Below, in pieces: positions 40,855 to 54,176 of a stretch of 64,000 nt of DNA. Origin of the DNA: Octopus vulgaris (taxonomy: Eukaryota); assembly GCA_951406725.2 (NCBI GenBank), contig OX597816.1, positions 146,010,001-146,074,000 of the forward strand. The letters run 5' to 3'. A model generated the notes under the pieces. It searched no databases. It was not told where the DNA came from and saw only the letters and a program-made list of their open reading frames with translations. Position numbers and translations under genes: made by a program. Position 1 is the first letter of the stretch, and the number at the start of each line of letters is the position of its first letter.

Positions 40855-43739
40855 GGGCAAATCGAAGTGAAGTTGATACCCCCGTCAACGATGCTATCTC
40901 TGATGCCCTTTATTCTGCTTGTTCCCCAACTCCCGCCCCTCAGACTTCACAGCTCAGCATCGTCTACACCAACTCGTGCTCCTTATTCCCAAAGTTCAGT
41001 GAACTATTTACACTGGCCATACGTGACTCCCCTGATGTGATAGATATCACCGAGACTTGGCTGACTCCAGCAGTAAAGGACTCAGAAATCCACCTGCAGG
41101 GCTACGTCCTTTTCAGATGTGACAGAGGAAAAAGGCGAGGTGGAGGTGTTGCTGTGTATGTTAAGTCTGAGCACAAACCGTCCTGCGGTATTCTACCCAC
41201 AAATGATCAACCTACAACCAAATTCGATGCCGTCTATTGCAAGCTGAGCCTATCTGAGTTTTGCCTGCCCGTGTTGGCTGTCTACAGGCCGCCTCTAGCC
41301 GACCCCCAGGACGATGATCATCTACTCGAAGCGATAAGATTCGTTTCAGCTTCGCATGACTGCTTGGTACTAGGCGACTTCAACGCTCCCACGATCGATT
41401 GGCCCGCATCAATTTGTACAACATCTTCCCGGTTCGGCCAGGCCCTTCTTGACGTGGCTGAAGATTGTTTTCTATCGCAACATGTTGAATATCCGACAAG
41501 GCATCGGTCTGGGCAGCAGCCATTTATGCTAGATCTGGTATTCTCCCGCTATCCAAGATCAGTGTCAGACGTATCTGTGTGCGCCCCTCTTGCCAAGAGT
41601 GATCATGCGGTCCTGAAGTTCGTCATGCACACAACTTTTTCCACGCCCACGATTACTTCACTGCCACGTAGAGTCTTCTCTGCAATTAATCTTGAAATTC
41701 TAACCGAGGCTTCCGCGCTTCTGGACTGGCGATCCCTGATGACGTTGTCCTCAGTTGACGAACTATGGTCATCCCTCAAAGCATATGTAATCTGTTTGAC
41801 TGACCAGGCAGTTCCCGTTGGGCTTCCCAAGAAGAAGAAACACAAGCCCTGGGTGACGAAGAAGGTTAAACGAGAACGTCGACTCAGAGATATTGCTTGG
41901 GCTGAATTCAAAAATCTGGATTCGACTGCAGCTTTTGAGGTGTACAAAACTCAACGAGACCGAGCCGTGAAAATTGAAAAGAAAGAACGCTTCAGTTATG
42001 AATACAAAATCGCGGCAAATGCCAGTAGCAGTCCAAAAACCTTCTTTGCCCTTGTCCAGCGGAATTCCCGCTTGAACAACCAGATTGCAACGTTGGTAGA
42101 CTCAACAGGCGTATCGATTGAGGACCCTTATCAACAGAGTCAATTATTTGCCGAGGCTTTTTCAACTATTTTCAAACAAGATGATGGTCGTGAACCCCCT
42201 CCATTTGATAGATCGGTACCTCCAATGCTTCGATTGATCATCACGCGGGACGAAGTCAAACGTGTTATTCAAGGCATCGATGTTAACAAGGGTCACGGCC
42301 CTGACGGCATACACCCACGGGTTATCAAAGCGTTGGCTCCGGTCATCTGCGAGCCCTTAACACGACTATTCAATATGTCATTGGCGACGGGTGTTATACC
42401 TGCAGACTGGAGAACAGCGATAATCTGCCCAATTTTCAAGAAAGGGAGCCGCGAAGACCCGCTTAACTACCGACCGGTTTCCCTTACATCAATAATCAGC
42501 AAGATGTTCGAAACCATCCTTAAGAAAAGTATGATGCTCCACCTCCTAAACACAGCCTCGATCACTGATTCCCAACACGGCTTCGTGCCGAAGAGATCAT
42601 GCTTGACCAACTTACTAGTAATGGAAGAATTGGTGACGCGCATCCTCGATGATAGTGATGCTGTTGACATCGTTTTATTGGACTTTGCCAAAGCTTTTGA
42701 CTCGGTAAACCACCGCCTACTACTTGTCAAGCTTCAAGCATATAGTTTCCATCCGGATATTGTACGATGGGTTGGTGCCTTCCTCTCAGATCGCTCCTTC
42801 CAAGTTCAAGTTAATGGTTCGCGGTCCGACGTCTCCAGTGCGAGCAGTGGCGTGCCTCAAGGTTCAGTGCTTGGGCCCTTGTTGTTCTTAGTCTTCATAA
42901 ATGACTTGCCCGACGACCTCACGCAACACACCCTTCTATTTGCCGACGATATCAAACTGGTCGCTCCTCGCGGTAGTATAGAGGATCTTCGTCGATGCCT
43001 CCACCAAATTTGGAAGTGGTCTAACGATTGGGACCTGTGTCTAAACGTGTCAAAGTGCTGTCATCTGCCTGTCGGCTCTACTCCTGCAACTCAACTTGAT
43101 TTCGAGCCGGGTCGTCTGCTGCTGGAGAGGACCGATCAGGTAAAGGACCTGGGTATCTTGGTGGATTCCTCCTTTTCGCCTTCGGCCCAGTGCGTCCATG
43201 CTGCCAAAAAAGCGCGCGGAATTCTGTTTTTGATTCGACGGTCATTCGGAATGCTCACAGCAGCCATATTCCTGCCACTCTATGTCACGCTGGTGAGACC
43301 CATATTGGAGTATGGGATTCAAGCCTCTTCTCCTTATCTCCTCAAAGACATACAGCACCTCGAAAGAGTCCAGAGGCTGGCTACCCGCATGGTTCATGGT
43401 CTCAAAAATTTGTCCTACTAAGAAAGGCTGAGGAAGCTCGACCTTTATTCTCTTGAAAAACGCCGCCGCCGTGGTGATCTCATTCTCGCCCACAACATCA
43501 TAAGCGGGAAGTGTAACCTCTCGAAAGAGCTGTTCTTCACTCCTGCTCCGGAGCGTCGGCTGCGGGGTCATTCCGAAAAGCTCTACCTGCGACGATTTCA
43601 TCTCAATCGAAGGAGAGGAGCTTTCTCCGTCCGGGTTGCGGATCCGTGGAACAAGCTGCCAGACGAGATGGTGAAGATGCCGACGACGGCTTTGTTCAAA
43701 GCCTCCCTGGACCTGAAGTGGCCTGAACTCTTTACATGA
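40851..43739 (+). CDS. LINE ORF2: AP endonuclease + reverse transcriptase, premature TAA at 43419-43421
   Basis: ITETWL, GGGVAVYV, VYRPP, GDFN, LDLVF, SDH, NYRPVSL, QHGF, LDFAKAFDSV, GVPQGSVLGP, FADD, KDLG. The frame continues past the TAA to TGA at 43737-43739. Confidence 0.95.
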
Positions 43740-44047
43740 ACACCACTCTGTACTTAACTCCATGTCCCCCTACATGGCCTTGCTATTTGCTTTTGAGCCA
43801 ACTTAACTAACTAACTAACTAACATAACTTTTGTAATTTCAATTAAAAGTAAAATTTTCTTAGACTTAAATGATAGAAAAATGCATGAGGAATTCAGAAT
43901 CGTTAGTCGCATTGAACAATAATTAGTAGAAAAACAGTTATGAGATAAAATGTTACAAAATTTTATGTCAGCAGATAAGGAAGTAAGAAGTAACGCTTTA
44001 GCAATAAGAATAAAGAATATATTTCTAAAATGAATGCGTATTTTCTA

Positions 44048-44480
44048 AGGTGGCGACCTGGCAGAAGCTCTTAGCAGTGTTTTGTCTGACTTAGCGAATT
44101 GAGTTCAAATTTCGCCGAGGTCAACTTTGTTGTACGGATTATTTAATTAATCTCTTTTTTTTTTTATTAATCTAAATACAGTAAAACCTCTGATACAGGT
44201 AGACTATATCACATAGAACAGGGTTTACTCTTAACGTTTTTGACAAAATTTTGTATTTTAAAAGCGGGTTTTCGTCCGTCTTTACGTTCTGCGTTCAAAT
44301 TCCGCCGAGGTCTTTCATCCATTTCCGATCTATTGAATTAGACGTAGAGATTATTTAATTATCTTTTTTTAACTAAGCACTTTCAAACTTCCAATACTGG
44401 TAGAATTTGTCACATAGAACAGGATCTACTCTTAACGTTTTGACAAAATGTTGTATCTTAGAAGTTATTTCGTCAGACGT
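44048..44480 (+). repeat. Diverged ~200-bp tandem duplication of a SINE A head plus adjacent sequence
   Basis: gttcaaatt(t/c)cgccgaggtc…tcacatagaacagg…tactcttaacgttt(t)gacaaaat occurs twice. Confidence 0.7.
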
Positions 44481-45283
44481 TACAGACTGATAATGGACAA
44501 ATTCTTGTTTGATAAGTGTTAATACACGGAACTCTCAGCTTTTGACTTACTCTCTAACTTCTACCGATGATATATACACATATTGCATATATGTGTACAA
44601 ACATCTCATCACACAATCGAATTACAGAAAGAGCCTATACCTGGTCGCTCGACATGCTAAAAGTAACACCCAAAGTATCCCCCTACTTAAATCACACACC
44701 CGTTGTATGTAATGTCTTAGATTATCCTTAAAAAGACGGTTTGCTGAAGGCTTGAATGTCTTTGATGACAGGTTTGCAGTATCAGGGTTGATTCGAGCCT
44801 AAATAACAACTTTATGGTAAATTTCTATATTAACACCCGCACGATTTTCACTAGGAAAAATATACTGATTTTTTGCGTGGAATCAAGTACACCGACCTCC
44901 TAATATGCTGCAAATCCCTAATTTTAGTTCGGAAAAAATTAGGTGGGGGTGGAACATCCCCACCAATCCCGGAATCATTGGAAATTTCTTTCGTTGGATG
45001 AATTCCTGTGAAATAATATTGCAAAATTAGGTTACTTAAGGTTTGCCCGAAAACTGATGGTCTTGAGGCCTTGTTTGTAACTTTTCATGAGCCCCGGTGC
45101 AACCAACAACATGGTTAATATCCCTGCCATTAATTTGGTGTGGATGGATAATATCAAATAATTCAATCACAACGTATATTTAAATTAAACATAGAAAAAC
45201 TTATCTTTCAGTATTTTATAAGGTAAAATCTTAAATTATTAATTGAGACATTATTAAATATCTTATGGAAAAATCATGGATTA

Positions 45284-45797
45284 CATGGAAAAATGCGAGC
45301 CTGAAAAGTAATATTCTTAAGATTATAAACCTGGAAAAGTACAGGACAAGTTATTACACCTGTAAAGTATAGGACAAGCTATTACTTCTAGTAAAGTAAA
45401 GAATAAGAAACTTTTTACTTAAAATATTGCGGCTAAGATTGAAATTTGAACGTTAAAACTTATTTTATTATAATTTACAAATAATACTATACTAATTTAA
45501 GTAGAGTTTGGTTAATTTACTACTTTTAATACAGAAACAGAGACTAATTAGACAAACATACAAATTAGCTGAACCGTTTTTTTTTTCAATAAATTTTAAA
45601 GATGAGAACTGTAAAGAATAATAAATTAGAAGAAGTGGCATTCTTTGCTGCAATATTTCAAGTAAAAAGCTTCTTATTCCTTACCTTACTAATAGTAATA
45701 GCTTGTCCTATACTTTTACAAGTGTAATAACTTGTCCTGTATTTTTCCAGTTTTATAATCTTAAGAATATTACTTTTCATGCTCGCATTTTTCCATG
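45284..45797. mobile_element. MITE/foldback DNA element with ~155-bp TIRs, flanked by TA
   Basis: 45284-45440 is inverted relative to 45641-45797 (catggaaaaatgcgagc / gctcgcatttttccatg). Arms are made of ~29-bp subrepeats. Confidence 0.85.
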
Positions 45798-46554
45798 TAA
45801 ATGAAATATTGTCTCTTCTTTTGAAAGCTAGCATTTTAGATGTTAATGCAGCCAATAAAGCATAAAAATTGCACCAGGATTTATGACAAAACTGAAGATT
45901 TAAATTTTTCCCTACACCCTGAGGAGAATTCAACTAAAAGCAAGGCATAAATTTGGTCTATTTTTGGAATGAATTATAATTTTTACGATCCACGTAAATA
46001 GACAGGATTACTTTGGAAAGATATTGGTTAAATGCTTTACATCTTGCTTGGGGAGACGTAGTAAAATTTTGAAAACTTCATCGATGTATATCTCAGACCA
46101 GTAAACTTCAATAAGTCAGTTCAGTGTCAGCTTATTAATGCAAACACACACACACACACAACTACGCACCCGCACATATACTTATGTATAAATGCAAAAA
46201 GAAATAACTGCTGGCACATGTTGCAGCAGCAGCAAGTATGTGATACTTGATTGGCGTTCTCACATGTACAATGATTTACGTATTTTCCAGTGTACAAAAA
46301 TAGCGGAGAATATTCTTCAAATAGCTGAGAATATTCTTTGCAGAATGTTAATAAAATGTATATAATGAAAGAGACAGGGAGTAAATTACTTAAAATCTGA
46401 TCCCGACTCGTCAAGAGTTGTACTGAGTACTGTGAAAGATTAATTTTAGGAAGAGGGTACTTAAGAGAGGATATAGTATAATCAAGATGAAGCGATGAAC
46501 TGAATACCGAGTTAAAACAGTTCGGGAGTTAGAAGGACAATTCTGTTCCTATGA

Positions 46555-47467
46555 CGGGGCTAATGCAGTTTCGCACCTCTCCTTGAAAAATGCATTTTTT
46601 TTCTTTTGAAAAAAAAAATTATCGAATTCCTACGTTTCAGATATCGAAGATTACGAATATGCAAAAAAAGGTTTTTTTATTTCACCCCACCACCTCTTCC
46701 CACACCCCACCTCACTCCCAATTTAAATTTTTGATTTTGTTTACTTTAAAGAGATCGTAGCTAATTGACGAACATATGCAAATCGAAATTAAATAGACAA
46801 AAACATTAAAGTAAAAGAATTTGCCTTTTACTTATTTGCCTTAAATAATCACAAATAATAATTTAATGTAAATTAAATATAGACGCAGGAGTGGCTGTGT
46901 GGTAGCTTGCTTACCAACCACATGGTTCCGGGTTCAGACCCACTGCGTGGCATCTTGAGCAAGTGTCTTCTGCTATAACCTCGGGCCGACCAAAGCCTTG
47001 TGGGTGGATTTGGTTGACGGAAACTGAAAGAAGCCTGTCGTATATATGAATGTATATATATATGTGTGTGTATATGTTTTTGTGTCTGTGTTTCTCCCCC
47101 TAGCATTGCTTGACAGCCAATGCTGGTGTGTTTACGTCCCCGTCACTTAGCGGCTCGGCAAAAAAGACCGATAGAATAAGTACTGGGCTTACAAAGAATA
47201 AGTCCCGGGGTCAATTTGCTCGACTAAAGGCGGTGCTCCAGCATGGCCGCAGTCAAATGATTGAAACAAGTAAAAGAGTAAAGGAGTAAAGAGTATACAC
47301 CAATTTAAAATTTTGAACATTTTCATCCATTTATTTATCTATCTGTCCATCCCCGTCCGTTTATTCATAAAATATACTTGTCAACTAAATATGGCGGTCC
47401 TATAGAAGACAGTGTTACTGTTGCTTTTAGTCCCAGGAAGGCATTCATATCTATCTATCTCTATCAT

Positions 47468-47534
<67 letters not shown>

Positions 47535-47818
47535 GTCTATCTATTTATCTATCTATCTATCTCTTTATACACATATCTATATGCTTATTGAATTTAAAAT
47601 TTTGAAAGCGTGGGTTCTTGCATTTTCGGAATCTAAAATACTGGAAAAAAATTCGAAAAAGTTCGAAATGTTAATGGGGATGGGTGGTAGTAAGGGTGGG
47701 GGAGGTCAATTTTTTTTTTGTATATTCGTAATTTTCGACATCTAAAACGTAGGGATCCGAAAATTTTTTTAGAAAAAATGCATTTTTCCAGGGGAGGTGC
47801 GAAACTGGATAGGCCCCC
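46555..47818. mobile_element. Non-autonomous DNA transposon with ~115-bp TIRs, carrying a nested SINE B and (CTAT)n
   Basis: ggggctaatgcagtttcgcacctctcc… pairs with …ggggaggtgcgaaactggataggcccc. Flanks tatga / tgtga may be a 5-bp TSD with one mismatch. Confidence 0.8.
46881..47295 (+). mobile_element. Full-length tRNA-SINE B
   Basis: A-box tggctgtgtgg, B-box ggttcagacc, central (TA/TG)n, LINE-like tail and (GAGTAAA)n end. Confidence 0.92.
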
Positions 47819-48131
47819 TGTGATGTCCTACAAAACAAACCTCTTGTTATTGGAAGATATTTGTCATCGAATCAAAAATCGGGCTAGGGTTTACTCTTTA
47901 TTTCGTTTAGGATTTATTCATATGAAATTAATGACTGTTTGTACATAGCATTAATGACTCCATCAATTCTTTAATTTTTAATCAGAAGACAGGTCACTGT
48001 GTTTTATGGTTCCCCTAAGGTACTTTCTCCGTGTGCATATATCTCAATCTTTCCTGACAGTAAATCAAATCTATGGTGTCGATACATACTTAGCCTGAAA
48101 TTTACGACCCAATGACCAAAACGTACGTGCG

Positions 48132-48209
<78 letters not shown>

Positions 48210-48514
48210 CACACACACAACAAGCACATACAGGCACACGCACACACACAATATGCACATACACAAACAAACACACTAGCACACGCACAGACACACACAC
48301 ACATTTTTTGTTCATTACTTAATGAGTATATTTCATTACCAAAGGTTGTTGTTTGTTATTTTCAGATTTTATCGATAATCCTTGACATTTTTCAGCGTCG
48401 CTAACATTCTTTGCTGACGTAACGAATGAAGAGTTTACCTTGTTTGCAATCCGCACCGACATTTATATCCATATTCCCGTCAATACTACTCTGAGTCATT
48501 TTCACTTAGCTCAC

Positions 48515-48614
<100 letters not shown>

Positions 48615-48710
48615 GTTTAGCTATCTGTTTTTCTATCCATCTATCTATCTGTTTATCTATCTATCGAACTATCTACCTATCTCCATATATATATTTATCT
48701 ATCTATCTAC

Positions 48711-48782
<72 letters not shown>

Positions 48783-50028
48783 ATATCTATCAATCTATCT
48801 ATCTATCTATCTATCTAAACTCCAAATAGCAAAGACAAATGACCGCATGTACTCGTATATATTGTGGTTTTACATATCCTTCTTTTAGTACGGCAGTAAC
48901 AGCTGAATTCGGAAAAACAATTTTGCGAAAGTGAAACCCAATAAATCATTCAATATTCCAAAAGAAGCTCACCTTGCGTAAATTTGATTTAATACATTTA
49001 TTGAGTACCTATAATATAGCAGCAAACAAACATATTCTAACATATCATCAAACATATTTAAGCACCCCTTAATGTTGATTAGAAAATAGAGATTGTACTC
49101 ACACTGCTTAGTCTCAAGCAATGCCGTGAAGAAGCCAGTAAATCTACATTAATTTTTTTATGCTGTTTACGCAAATCATGCTCGTTTTCGAAATTTAGTC
49201 AAGAATTGAATTCAGAATTCTTAATTTTCAATAGGATATCTAAATAACTACTTAATTAAATCGCTTTGCATTCCTCAATAAAGAATGTAACAATTAAAAG
49301 AGACATTTCTCTGGCAATTATTAAATTGAGTTGTTTAAGTTTTCAGCATTGGCTTAGAGTTTGAAGATACAAGACAATTATCATATCACTTTTTTCAACG
49401 TCTATAGAAAGATTATAACAAACTAACAAGGAGCTATTTCAATAAATGACACGCAACAACACCAAATTAATCTTAAAATTTTAACAAGAAAGAATTTGAT
49501 ACAATACGTGATTTTACATACAATAAATAGCAGTATAATATACACCTTTGCCACGGTTATACTTGTTAATCATAAATAATGACATTGACATCTTTCAGTA
49601 GAATATGGCACTCATACCCCAACTCTAACGGAATCTGCTCAACCTATTACAGATTTTAAATGGCAGCAGTGATGCTATATTTTGCTTTCCCGTCTCTCAC
49701 TTTCCACTTGATGTCATCAAAATGTCTGGGTAAGAATTGAAAATACTATATCTTACGAGACAGGTTGCGACTTTAAATTGAACGGGTTTGAAGACGACTT
49801 TCAGCTCGGGTACTTATTAATATTTTTTGTTGTTATTGTTTTCGGTTTATTTGTGAGAATGACGGAAAACACAACAGTATGCTCAAATTTCTTGTCCTTA
49901 CGAAGTTTGGTAAACGCTCCAGCAAACAAAACCTCTGGTTATAAAATGGTTTCATCGCGTGTAATTGCAGACATAATGCGGTTTCACTCTTCAGATATAA
50001 TAGTGTAACACTTATCTTAGGTCATGTT

Positions 50029-50074
<46 letters not shown>

Positions 50075-50621
50075 TAACACAAACATACACACACACGCAC
50101 ACAGGATAAACGTATGAACAACGTATAACGAGCATGTTTTCAGGTGTTTACACTGGAAAAAACACACTTTCAGCTATTTCAAATAATATCCGCTCTCTTT
50201 TGTCTAATAATATCTGTAATTTTCTCTCTATCTCTCTATTACTTTCAATCTACACGAAGCATTCTTCCCCTCATCGTTTCTATCCATTTGTCATTCACCT
50301 TTCTATTTGCTTAGTTCTCTGTTACTTTAATTTTCTTTCTCTCTTCCTTCTCTTCCTCTCTGGACTTATGATGTCAAATTTCTTAACAATTTTTAAAAAC
50401 TTACTAGCGTTCTCTGTCCATTTTTTGTTTTTATATATTATATATTATAATATATAAAACATGGCTTATTAATGAACACTGTTATTTACAACATCGACCC
50501 TGATGATATATTTTCTCCGGATTAATTTTTAATGTATCCATCCATTAATGAAACATATATGTTGGTGATATAAATGATTCAAGTAATATCTTGTGCGTCT
50601 GTCTCCATTTACAATTCCTCT

Positions 50622-50684
<63 letters not shown>

Positions 50685-50743
50685 ATGTATATAAATATAT
50701 ATATACATATATATATATATTTATATATATATATACATGTGCG

Positions 50744-50774
<31 letters not shown>

Positions 50775-51668
50775 GTTATTAGAGAATATATTTTTATGTA
50801 AAAACAGTGCTCAATAACATGGTACTCTACATGCTATAGATTCTGCAAATGATGTGCTTAGCTGTCAGTTATTTCTCCACATTTTTAAAACACAAAGAAT
50901 GCTGCAACACATGTGGATAGTATCACGTTTAACATCACCGCTTATTAAATATGCAAAATTTAAAAATGGCAAAGCCTTCTTTATTGTTAAGCTAATGTCA
51001 CACGCTTGTTTTAAAAGTGAAATTTGCCATATATGTAACAAACTTTACATTATGCCATTTGAAAGTATTTAAACAGGGGACCCTAACGCGTCCAAAATTG
51101 CTATATTCGCCAAAATACGTAATCGTAATAGTACACTTGATTCGAAGAAGGGATTATCCCATAATAATGATAAAGCTGTTTATTGCATTACATTTAATAT
51201 ATATGTTTATTCGATGATTGCCGTTCATTTCATCATACAGCGTTCATTGGGAAGGAGCCAAAATTTGTGCTATAAGATATAATCAATGCTAGGTTGTTTG
51301 TTAAAATTTATGATAGCTCAAACATTTACAGGGAGTATTCAAAAATGTTTATGACTTCCATATTCAGTGCGCGGAACATTCAATAATTTAGTGTTGAATT
51401 TAAATTGCAAGAAATGATATATTATTGCGTTCATTTTTTTTTGTAAACGGAGACTGAGGAGACAACTCGTTTATTTATTATCCATGTTTCCTTTCATTAG
51501 TGTCTGTAATTGGAAATGCCACAGGATATAACGCAAAACGGAAACACTACTGGTAACTTGATTCCTAAAATTTTCAGTATTCAGCTGAACAATTTTGGCT
51601 CCAACTTTCTTGTTGAATCATTTATATCTCCACATACGCAGGTGCACACACAGACAGAAGCATGCATA

Positions 51669-51757
<89 letters not shown>

Positions 51758-52994
51758 AGAGAGAGAGAGACCGAGAGACTAATTCAATGAATATTTTTGA
51801 GTTTATACATTTAAAAGGAGTTGATGCGTCTATCTAATTCTCATTTAATTACGATTCCTACTTCATTACCTATTTTGAGCATTAAACGTTTCACGACATT
51901 GTCTCTTAATAGAGTAAAACACTTTCCTTCATTAAGACTTCCGGAAAATATCAAGAGCTGTCATCTTAGCCAAATGGGCACCGTTGATTCGGAAGCAAAT
52001 TAGTAATGAATCCAATTTACATTTCTTCGATTTGATGTTGAAGCCAATTCATTTGAGCCAATAATTTTCATGAGAAAATTTTGATACTTTCACATAATCA
52101 TTTCAGTTTTGATTTTATATCTATCACGATCCATACACTGAAAGCAATTTATATATTTAACATCTTCAAAATTAGTGAAAACAGTCATAAGCAAAATATA
52201 AAAATCCTTACCTATCTAACTTTTCCCGAGAAAAATTCGAATGAATAACTCACCCTCATCTATCTATAATACAATTAACAAGCTTCCCGATGACACTTTT
52301 GAATATCAGTTGAAAGAGAAGATGCGGTATTTTCACTATGTAATTCTGCTTTCAAGACACCCATCTTAGCATTTCAGACGATGTAGCTGAAAATTATATA
52401 AAATAATAGATATACAAATTTAAACCATATTGATTTGATTTTACATCAAGTGTTTAATAGCGTATGCAAATTAATTTGTATTAGTTAACTCGATGATAAC
52501 CATAATTATGTTCACTTCTTTGTCCAAGTTGCATGAGTTATGGAGTTTCAGAACCGGGTGATATAATTTATCCTTTAATGATGTAATGCTTTTTAACTTG
52601 CTCCGGGCCACTCAGTTCGGAGTAGAAAGTTAACCATGAAAATTTGTGCGGTCCTGCTCGGAGCAGCGTCATGTAATTTCATTCATTAAACACTCTAAAA
52701 CACTAATATACACCCTGAACAAATGTATCTGTAGTTTCAAGAGAGACTTTCAAGATTTTAATCTGTCATTTCTTTTCTTTCTTTCTTTTTTCATTTGAAG
52801 TGTCGTATCACAGATTCATATGCAAGTAGCTTTTACACATATTTGCACGCTGGTTCTGACTTCGCTAAATATATAGATGCTTTTTACAACAAGAGAAATA
52901 TAAAGGTATTCAATTCAGACGATAGAAATGGTTATAAAATTCAATTTTGGGAAAGAAACAAACATCGTAAAGACAAGAGGATAATGACTTCGGT

Positions 52995-53790
52995 TTGTGT
53001 ATAGTGGAGGGTGCATTTTTTCTGTGGGCAAACGAAGAGAGCCAACTGTGTTGTAAATGCCAGACTTGCGGTGGCATGCTCTACCCAACACCACCCGTAG
53101 CTGCAAGGGTACACCTCCTTAGTAATTGTAGAAAGGTGAAAGCGAGAAGACAGCTCGTACGTAAGCAAAGTCTAGAAAGCATAATGAGTGAATTCATAAC
53201 AGTCAACGAAGTTCATTTCTTTGGATGGGTTTTGGTTATCTGTACATGTATCATCAGTATTGCCCCATTGGAAGAAAATTATTTCCTTGCTGGAGCTGGT
53301 CTGCGACTTTTAGGGGTTTCGAGGGCCGGTATTTGTTGGATTGTAAAATATTTTCTTGCTCTGAAGAGGAATATCACGTTGTATATTATAGTATTAGTCC
53401 ATGGATTGGCGATAATACATATGGTTGATTAATCCCAAATAAAACCTCATTAAGTAAAATATGGCAAGACTGTATAACTAGGATTACATGCAGAATGAAC
53501 CTTTCTTTTTTATAGATTTTTGTCAGATACATTAGTTAGGCTTCGTGAATTCAATCCACATCTACTGTTTCAACGGAGCATGACTTCTATTGCTTTGAAT
53601 ATTTATATAATAATAATTGTGTTCCATCTTCCATGAAATCTGTGTAACCCTGAGGGAAGAAGCTCAAATTGTTAGAAATAAATAGCTTGTCATTGTGATA
53701 ATTGTAGAGGCAAAAAGAGTGGCTTCGTGTACTAAGGTGCTAGTAGTGGACGAAATGTCGTCGGTGAAGTTGGTCTTGATAATGGTGAAT
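52995..53790 (-). pseudogene. Highly degraded LINE RT/3' remnant
   Basis: Minus strand reads IIKTNFTDDI (YADD-like) near 53750-53780; composition differs from the flanks. Confidence 0.35.
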
Positions 53791-53959
53791 TGATATACAG
53801 AGAAAATAGAAAGGGAAAGAGAAAGAATGAAAGAAAGAAAAAAGAAGGAAAGAAAGAAAGAAAGAAAGAAAGAAGGAGAGAAAGAGAACTAAAACCCTGG
53901 ACTCCTAGAAATGCGAGGCTGCCTGATGACTTTCCATCTTAAGATCATTCTCTCATTGA

Positions 53960-54176
53960 AGGCGGCGAGCTGGCAGAATCGTTAGCGCGCCGGCCAAAAT
54001 GCTTAACGCTATTTTATCCTTCGCTATGTTCTTGAGTTAAAATTCCGATGACATCAACTTTGCTTTTCATTCTTACCGGGTCGATAAGAAAAGAACCAGT
54101 TCAGCACTGGGATCGATACAATTGATTTAACTCTTCTCCAGAAATTGCTAGCCTGGTGTCAAAATTTGAAACCAAT
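53960..54176 (+). mobile_element. tRNA-SINE A, near full-length
   Basis: ggcggcgagctggcagaatcgttagc…tttgcttttcattcttaccggggtcgataag…cactgggatcgat…aaaatttgaaacc. Confidence 0.88.

Larger units (their letters stand above)
39447..43825 (+). mobile_element. Young CR1-group LINE (ORF1 + APE-RT ORF2), (TAAC)n tail, probably slightly 5'-truncated
   Basis: Two ORFs, short 3' UTR, tail aactaactaactaac. Possible TSD TAACAT at 39441-39446 and 43820-43825. GC is clearly above the flanks. Confidence 0.93.
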
